This document shows, piece after piece, positions 58,439 through 64,000 of a DNA stretch of 64,000 bases. The stretch is from a bacterium (GTDB taxonomy: Bacteria; Patescibacteriota; Saccharimonadia; Saccharimonadales; UBA4665). The notes beneath the pieces were generated by a model. It was not told where the DNA came from. It did no database searches and saw only the letters and a program-made list of their open reading frames with translations. Numbering within the stretch: the first letter of the stretch is position 1; each line of letters begins with the position of its first letter. The position numbers and the translations under genes were made by a program. The stretch spans positions 50,623-114,622 of the forward strand of contig JAJYIP010000001.1 in the NCBI GenBank assembly GCA_021790005.1, given 5' to 3'.

Positions 58439-58978
58439 ATGAGTCGAGTCGGTAAATCACCAATTTTAATACCATCAGGAGTCACTGTAAATATCACAGA
58501 CAGTGAAGTAGTTGTTAATGGTAACAAAGGCAGTCTTAAGCAGCCGATTCTGAAAGGAATCAATATTAAGCAGGAGGATAACCTGCTGGTAGTATCACGT
58601 ATCGATGACGAACAGATTCATCGTGCTAACCACGGTCTAATGCGTACGCTTATCTTTAACATGGTTACTGGTGTCAGCCAAGGTTTTAGTAAGAAACTGG
58701 AAGTCAATGGAGTTGGGTATCGTGTCCAATTGCAAGGCAATGGCTTAAAATTTAATCTCGGTTATTCTCACGATATTAACTTCAGCTTGCCAGAAGGAAT
58801 CACAGCTAACGTAGAACAAAATATTATTACCATTTCCGGGTTTGACAAGCAACGGGTTGGTCAGGTCGCCAGCGACATCCGGGAACTAAGAAAACCCGAA
58901 CCTTACAAAGGTAAGGGTATAAAATACGAAGGCGAATATATAATCCGCAAGAGTGGTAAGAGTGGTAAGGAAAAATAG
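58439..58978 (+). CDS. rplF: 50S ribosomal protein L6
   Basis: 179 aa. MSRVGKSPI..., EPYKGKGI. Confidence 0.97.
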   Translation: MSRVGKSPILIPSGVTVNITDSEVVVNGNKGSLKQPILKGINIKQEDNLLVVSRIDDEQIHRANHGLMRTLIFNMVTGVSQGFSKKLEVNGVGYRVQLQGNGLKFNLGYSHDINFSLPEGITANVEQNIITISGFDKQRVGQVASDIRELRKPEPYKGKGIKYEGEYIIRKSGKSGKEK

Positions 58979-58979
58979 T

Positions 58980-59333
58980 ATGAACAGACTTGAACGCGCC
59001 AAAAAGAATATGTTACAGCGAAAAGCACGTGTTAGATCCGTAATTAAAGGCACCAATGAACGACCAAGACTGAGCATTCATATATCCAATAGCCATATTA
59101 CCGCTCAAATAATTAATGACCAAACTGGTAAAACTTTAGTTTACGTATCAACGATTGGTCGCAAAAGCGAAGGATCGATGACGGATAAGGCCGTATTAAT
59201 AGGCAAAGAAATTGCCAAAAAGGCTCAAGCTGCCAAAATTAACCAAGTAGTCTTAGACCGTGGCTCAAAACTTTATCATGGCCGAATTAAAAAATTAGCC
59301 GAAACAGCAAGACAAGAAGGATTGGAGTTCTAA
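58980..59333 (+). CDS. rplR: 50S ribosomal protein L18
   Basis: The ORF track begins at GTG 58953, inside rplF. I prefer ATG 58980 (MNRLERAKK...), which has an AAGGA Shine-Dalgarno. Confidence 0.93.
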   Translation: MNRLERAKKNMLQRKARVRSVIKGTNERPRLSIHISNSHITAQIINDQTGKTLVYVSTIGRKSEGSMTDKAVLIGKEIAKKAQAAKINQVVLDRGSKLYHGRIKKLAETARQEGLEF

Positions 59334-59875
59334 TGACTAATTCAATTAAAAGTGAACCTGCAACATTACGACCAAGACGTGGTGAGTTAGTTGAAGAAAA
59401 ACAATTTGACGAACGCACGCTGAATATAGACCGAGTCGCTAGGGTAGTTAAGGGCGGTCGACGCTTCCGTTTTCGAGCCTTAGTTGCCGTCGGTGACCAC
59501 AAGGGAAAAGTAGGCATCGGCATCGCAAAGGGTGCTGACGTTACAGCAGCAGTTACAAAAGCTAATGAAGTTGCCAAGAAGAATATGATTAAAGTAGCCA
59601 TGTATAAAGGCACTATTCCGCATGATGTCGAAGCCAAAGTTGGTGGCGTTAAGTTGCTGCTTATGCCTGCCAGTCAGGGAACGGGTTTAATTGCCGGCGG
59701 AGTTGTACGTAGCATTTTAGAAGTTGCCGGTATCAGCAATGTCTTAAGTAAGTCCATGGGTTCTTCTAATAAAACCAATACCGCTTACACTACAATCGCA
59801 GCGCTTAATCAGTTAAAACCAGCTAAGGAATGGATTACCACTCTAGCCTTAGCAAAGGTCAAGAAGGTTAAATAA
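59333..59875 (+). CDS. rpsE: 30S ribosomal protein S5
   Basis: 180 aa. VKGGRRFRFRALVAVGD. Confidence 0.97.
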   Translation: MTNSIKSEPATLRPRRGELVEEKQFDERTLNIDRVARVVKGGRRFRFRALVAVGDHKGKVGIGIAKGADVTAAVTKANEVAKKNMIKVAMYKGTIPHDVEAKVGGVKLLLMPASQGTGLIAGGVVRSILEVAGISNVLSKSMGSSNKTNTAYTTIAALNQLKPAKEWITTLALAKVKKVK

Positions 59876-59876
59876 T

Positions 59877-60356
59877 ATGAAGTTTAATGAACTGAACATT
59901 GCTAGACAAAAAACTGCCAAACGAGTAGGACGAGGCATATCAGCTGGACAGGGTAAAACTGCCGGACGTGGTACTAAAGGTCAAAAAGCACGAGCCGGAT
60001 CAACCAAACGACCGGGTTTTCTAGGTGGCCAAAATCCATTAATGCAACAACTGCCGAAACTGCCGGGTTTTAGAAGTTATAAAGTTAGTCCGGAAAACGT
60101 ATTTACAGACCAGCTTGCCAAACTTAACCATACCGAAATTACAGCCGTTGAACTAAGTGAATCCAAGCTAATAAGTAACCAGCACGTTAGCGTTAAGCTG
60201 CTATATCGGGGCGACCTTGCTAAGAAAGTTAATGTCAGTTTGCCAAAAGCCTCAAAAAAAGCGGTTGAAGCTATTCAAAAAGCCGGTGGCAGTTTTACAA
60301 CCGTCAATATTATTGCTCGGACAGCTAAGCCAAACTTAGATAAAAACCACAAGTAA
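59877..60356 (+). CDS. rplO: 50S ribosomal protein L15
   Basis: 159 aa. GRGISAGQGKTAGRGTKGQKAR. It starts 1 nt after the rpsE stop, so no L30 gene can lie between them. Confidence 0.96.
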   Translation: MKFNELNIARQKTAKRVGRGISAGQGKTAGRGTKGQKARAGSTKRPGFLGGQNPLMQQLPKLPGFRSYKVSPENVFTDQLAKLNHTEITAVELSESKLISNQHVSVKLLYRGDLAKKVNVSLPKASKKAVEAIQKAGGSFTTVNIIARTAKPNLDKNHK

Positions 60357-60480
60357 AAATTATCCTGAAAGACCGTTGGCATACAAGCCAAGCTATGTAA
60401 TACTTAAACCTGTTATATAAATCTTTGTAAGATTTAGGGAATTAAACCTAGGTGAGAGACAAACTTAAGAAAAAGTTAGA

Positions 60481-62001
60481 ATGAACTGGAAAATTATTTG
60501 GCAATCATTAGGCCACAAGGATATGCGCAAGCGTATTCTGGCTGTACTGGGAATTATATTAGTATTCCGTATATTAATTAACGTGCCAGTGCCATTGGGC
60601 AATGCCTCCACTCTTCACCAGATTATAAATAATCTATTCACGTCACCAAACGCACCGCAACTGCTAAGTTTCATGAATGTAATTTCAGGTGGTGCGCTGG
60701 CCAACTTTTCAATCATGCTGGCTGGTCTAGGCCCTTACATTAACGCCTCAATTATTATGCAGCTGCTGACCAAAGCCATACCGCAACTTGAAACTTTACA
60801 AAAGGAAGGCGATTTCGGACAAAAGAAGATTAACCAATACACTCGTATTTTGACCTTTCCTCTTGCTATCGTCCAGTCAATCGGCTTAATTTATCTTATT
60901 CGTCAGGCTGCCCAAAGTATTGGCGGCGTTGGAAACATTACGGCTAACGCTTCACTGCTGCAATGGGTCATCATGGTCGGAGCATTGACCGGGGGCTCAA
61001 TGTTGCTAATGTGGCTAGGTGAAATTGTTACTGAACAGAGTGTCGGAAACGGTATCTCTTTAATTATCACAGTTGGCATCGTCAGCCGCTTACCGGCTAA
61101 TATATATCAGCTAATGAGTTCGGTTCTTGGTACTAAAGATAGGTGGAAGATTTTCGGCCACACCTTACCGATAGACAACAAGTCTTTCCTTTATCTTTTG
61201 GCAATCATAGCCGTAACTGTTTTGCTGACTTGGATTGTAGTTATGTTGAACGAAGCCGCCAGAAATCTGACTATAAATTATGCTAAGAGAGTGCAGGGCA
61301 ACCGAGCGTACGGAGGAGTGACGACAATTCTACCCGTTAAACTTATAACTGCCGGCGTCGTACCGATCATATTTGCAGTTGCTTTTCTTAGCGTGCCTAG
61401 TTTTGGTGGACAGTTAATGAGCGCATCAAAAGATCATACCATTGCCTCAATCGGTTCAAATTTAGTGACATGGTTCCAAACCCCGTCCGCCACTACCTTT
61501 GCCACCGAAGCCTGGAAAGCCTATATCTACCCGATTACCTATTTCTTGCTCGTATTTGTTTTTACGTATTTTTATACCAGTATCACCTTTAACTCTAAAG
61601 ATATTGCCGAGAATCTACAAAAACAAGGTGGCTTTTTAGAAGGTATTAGAAGCGGCAATCAGACTGAAATATATTTGCGCAAAACCGTTAATAAGTTAAC
61701 CTTTTTCGGTGCCATCAGCTTAGGCATTTTAGCTATCCTACCGATAATTGCCCAGATTTTCATTAATCAGAACATTACTATCGGCGGTACTTCAATCCTA
61801 ATCCTCGTGTCCGTATCGCTGCAGACCCTTCGAGCAGTCGAATCTAGAGCCCTTATGGTAACCTATGATCAATATGAGCAACCAGACTTCTACTACGACA
61901 CCCCGACGGCTCTAGATGCCGCTACAGGAGCGCGTCGCTTAAGGTTTTTGCGCCTTCCTAAGCGCAATAATAAAACCACCACCAAACTTAAAAATAAATA
62001 A
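60481..62001 (+). CDS. secY: Preprotein translocase subunit SecY (with a C-terminal extension of about 50 aa)
   Basis: 506 aa with 10 hydrophobic segments. ISGGALANFSIMLAGLGPYINASIIMQLL. Confidence 0.95.
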   Translation: MNWKIIWQSLGHKDMRKRILAVLGIILVFRILINVPVPLGNASTLHQIINNLFTSPNAPQLLSFMNVISGGALANFSIMLAGLGPYINASIIMQLLTKAIPQLETLQKEGDFGQKKINQYTRILTFPLAIVQSIGLIYLIRQAAQSIGGVGNITANASLLQWVIMVGALTGGSMLLMWLGEIVTEQSVGNGISLIITVGIVSRLPANIYQLMSSVLGTKDRWKIFGHTLPIDNKSFLYLLAIIAVTVLLTWIVVMLNEAARNLTINYAKRVQGNRAYGGVTTILPVKLITAGVVPIIFAVAFLSVPSFGGQLMSASKDHTIASIGSNLVTWFQTPSATTFATEAWKAYIYPITYFLLVFVFTYFYTSITFNSKDIAENLQKQGGFLEGIRSGNQTEIYLRKTVNKLTFFGAISLGILAILPIIAQIFINQNITIGGTSILILVSVSLQTLRAVESRALMVTYDQYEQPDFYYDTPTALDAATGARRLRFLRLPKRNNKTTTKLKNK

Positions 62002-62218
62002 CCAAGAAACTTAGTATTTTTATTTACCTATTAACACCGTACGGTATTAGCTTGCTAAAAAACCTTAAATTCGATCAGATTCGTTATTTTTGCATGCCAA
62101 GACATGTGCACTAGCGAAAGATCACGACTTTTAATAGGATAAGTTAGTCATTGCTGATATAATTAAAGTGTAATTTAAGCGGTAAATATATACCGCAGTA
62201 ATATTTTTGTAAAAACCC

Positions 62219-62248
62219 TTTACAAAGACCAGGTGTTATTGATATAAT
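62219..62248 (+). promoter_or_regulatory. Candidate infA promoter (TTTACA-18-TATAAT with TG extension)
   Basis: Hexamers read from the sequence. A second TGaTATAAT element lies about 90 nt upstream (about 62152-62160). Confidence 0.45.
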
Positions 62249-62266
62249 TCACCTCTAGTTATAGGT

Positions 62267-62485
62267 ATGGCTGCCAATAAAGAAGTTATTGAGTTAAACG
62301 GAACTATTATAGAAACCCTTCCGGGTACGCAGTTTCGTGTTGAACTCGAAAACGGCCATCAAATTATAGCTCACGTTGCCGGGAAGATGCGTAAACATTT
62401 TATCCGCATCGTACCAGGTGACAGCGTTACGGTTGAGTTGACCCCATATGATCTCACAAAGGGCAGAATCACCTATCGCAAATAA
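62267..62485 (+). CDS. infA: Translation initiation factor IF-1
   Basis: 72 aa. S1-like fold sequence ([43 protein letters not shown]). Confidence 0.96.
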   Translation: MAANKEVIELNGTIIETLPGTQFRVELENGHQIIAHVAGKMRKHFIRIVPGDSVTVELTPYDLTKGRITYRK

Positions 62486-62529
62486 TATTAAGCAGAGTGT
62501 CATTTCGGCCTAAGGAGGCGTTGATCCGC

Positions 62530-62646
62530 ATGAAAGTGCGTGCAAGTGTCAAAAAAATCAGTCCAGACGACATTATTGTCAGACGCAAAGGTCGAGTCTA
62601 TGTTATTAATAAACGTAAACCACGCCACAAGCAGAGACAGGGTTAA
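62530..62646 (+). CDS. rpmJ: 50S ribosomal protein L36 (cysteine-free variant)
   Basis: Hand-translated 38 aa: [38 protein letters not shown]. It falls below the ORF-track cutoff. It occupies the canonical position between infA and rpsM. Confidence 0.9.
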   Translation: MKVRASVKKISPDDIIVRRKGRVYVINKRKPRHKQRQG

Positions 62647-62653
62647 TTAAAGT

Positions 62654-63040
62654 ATGGCAAGAATATCTGGAGTAACTATTCCTAATGAAAAACTAATTTG
62701 GGTTTCATTGACATATGTTTATGGTATTGGACCTAAAACAAGTTATGAAATACTAAAACAAGCTGGTGTTGAAACAACTATCCGTACGAAAGATTTAACG
62801 GATGCTGAGATATCGCGTATTCAAGAAGTAATTAGCAGTAACTACACTGTCGAAGGTGAGTTACAACGCGTTGTCAGCGGCAATATTAAACGTCTTAAAG
62901 ACATAAAAAGCTACCGTGGCATCCGACATGGATTGAATTTACCTACCCGCGGGCAACGTACAAAAACCAACGCCAGAACCAGACGAGGTAAAAAGGTTAC
63001 AGTATCGGGAACGGCTAAGAAAGTAGCGGCTAAGACCTAG
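62654..63040 (+). CDS. rpsM: 30S ribosomal protein S13
   Basis: 128 aa. MARISGV.IP..K....LTYVYGIG. Confidence 0.97.
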   Translation: MARISGVTIPNEKLIWVSLTYVYGIGPKTSYEILKQAGVETTIRTKDLTDAEISRIQEVISSNYTVEGELQRVVSGNIKRLKDIKSYRGIRHGLNLPTRGQRTKTNARTRRGKKVTVSGTAKKVAAKT

Positions 63041-63049
63041 ATTATAACT

Positions 63050-63475
63050 ATGACTGAACAAACTATCCAACCCCAAACCAGTGAGACCAAAGAGCAGACC
63101 ACCGCTAAGAAGAAGTCTAAGCGCAGTGTCAATAAGGGCCAAGTTCATATTTTGGCTACTTTTAATAACACAATAGTTAGCTTTAGCGATCCCTCTGGCG
63201 CAATCCTGTCTACCTCAAGCGCCGGAGCATGCGGATTCCGTGGATCTAAAAAAGGTACAGCTTACGCCGCTCAAGTTGCATCGGAACGAGCCGGGCAAAA
63301 TGCTAAACAACAATACGGTTTTAAAAGTGCGGACGTATACATCAAAGGTATTGGCTTAGGCAGAGATGCTGCTGTCAGAGCGTTAGCCAACTTAGATATT
63401 CAAGTTGAATCAATCCAAGACCTAACCGGCGTGCCACACGGCGGCGTTAGACCGAGAAAGGCTAGAAGGGTGTAA
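63050..63475 (+). CDS. rpsK: 30S ribosomal protein S11 (with an N-terminal extension)
   Basis: 141 aa. GQVHILATFNNTIVSFSD..G...STSSAG..GFRGSKK. Confidence 0.96.
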   Translation: MTEQTIQPQTSETKEQTTAKKKSKRSVNKGQVHILATFNNTIVSFSDPSGAILSTSSAGACGFRGSKKGTAYAAQVASERAGQNAKQQYGFKSADVYIKGIGLGRDAAVRALANLDIQVESIQDLTGVPHGGVRPRKARRV

Positions 63476-63479
63476 TCCT

Positions 63480-64000
63480 ATGGCAAGAGATACTCAATCA
63501 ATTGTAAAAATGAGCCGACGTGAAGGCTATGCTCTACATCCTAAAGCCTATAAAGCTTTAGTCAAACGATCTTCTACTCCCGGGCAACACGGTAACGGTG
63601 GTGGGCGACCATCAAAACCAAGTCAGTATGCGCTACAGTTACGCGAGAAACAAAAAGTTAAACGACTCTACGGCTTATTGGAAAGACAATTCTCAAACTT
63701 AATGAAAGAGGCTAATCGTCGGCAAGGTCAATCTGGCGAAATATTACTACAAATGCTTGAAATTAGAGCTGACAACACAGTTTATCGTGCAGGTTTTGCT
63801 CCTTCGAGACGAGCCGCAAGACAACTTTTAACTCACGGCCACTTCCTGCTAAACGGAGTACGCATCGACATCCCTTCAATAAGACTGAAAGTTGGAGACA
63901 ACTTAAAGGTTAGAAACCATAGTTTAATGACCGAATACTTTAAGCAACTTGATAATGTCAGCCCAGCTCCGACCACCGTACCGGGATGGATCAAAGTTAA
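63480..64000 (+). CDS. rpsD: 30S ribosomal protein S4 (3' end outside the window)
   Basis: Hand-translated MARDTQSIVKMSRREGYALHPKAYK...QYALQLREKQKVKRLYGLLERQF. The frame is open to the end of the window. Confidence 0.93.
   Translation, partial: MARDTQSIVKMSRREGYALHPKAYKALVKRSSTPGQHGNGGGRPSKPSQYALQLREKQKVKRLYGLLERQFSNLMKEANRRQGQSGEILLQMLEIRADNTVYRAGFAPSRRAARQLLTHGHFLLNGVRIDIPSIRLKVGDNLKVRNHSLMTEYFKQLDNVSPAPTTVPGWIKV

Noticed and set aside
58953-58979. GTG start for rplR given in the ORF track, overlapping rplF by 26 nt.
   Set aside because: ATG 58980 has an AAGGA Shine-Dalgarno and gives the canonical L18 N-terminus. The upstream extension (MVRVVRKNS) lies inside rplF coding sequence.
1-64000. 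Possibility of an alternative genetic code (UGA recoding), as seen in some CPR lineages.
   Set aside because: TGA terminates well-conserved genes at the expected lengths, for example rpsQ at 56460-56462 and rplX at 57157-57159. All conserved proteins translate at full length under the standard code.

Overview
Gene-dense bacterial chromosome segment that uses the standard genetic code (TGA acts as a stop, for example at the rpsQ/rplN and rplX/rplE junctions). About 90% of it is information-processing core. In order: dnaE, rplS, rnhB, nusA, clpC-radA, a class A PBP, tyrS, recG-rsmD, tRNA-Leu(UAG), hisS, tig-clpP, rpoB-rpoC, rpsL-rpsG-fusA, tuf, and an S10-spc-alpha ribosomal protein cluster running from rpsJ to a 3'-truncated rpsD. 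Three features fit a reduced CPR/Patescibacteria genome, possibly Saccharibacteria; this taxonomic placement is inference only. (1) There is no rpmD (L30) between rpsE and rplO. (2) There is no adk or map after secY. (3) Several convergent gene pairs have stop codons that overlap or lie within 12 nt of each other. The accessory or unusual content is as follows. (a) A RelE/Phd toxin-antitoxin cassette lies in a ~0.9 kb insertion bracketed by an ~80 bp duplication of the dnaE 3' end. (b) A 1631-aa membrane-anchored protein carries 21 tandem Kelch-like units of about 51 aa, with evidence of recent unit duplication and loop-restricted variation. (c) CIRCE (HrcA-type) operators overlap the predicted promoters of both clpC and clpP. 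(d) The normally contiguous fusA-tuf-rpsJ region is broken three times: by an antisense orphan gene, by an intact IS30-family element, and by a small orphan membrane-anchored or secreted protein. (e) There are candidate structured leaders in front of nusA, rpsJ and rplC. (f) The L36 gene encodes a cysteine-free protein. No CRISPR array, rRNA gene, reverse transcriptase or integrase is visible.
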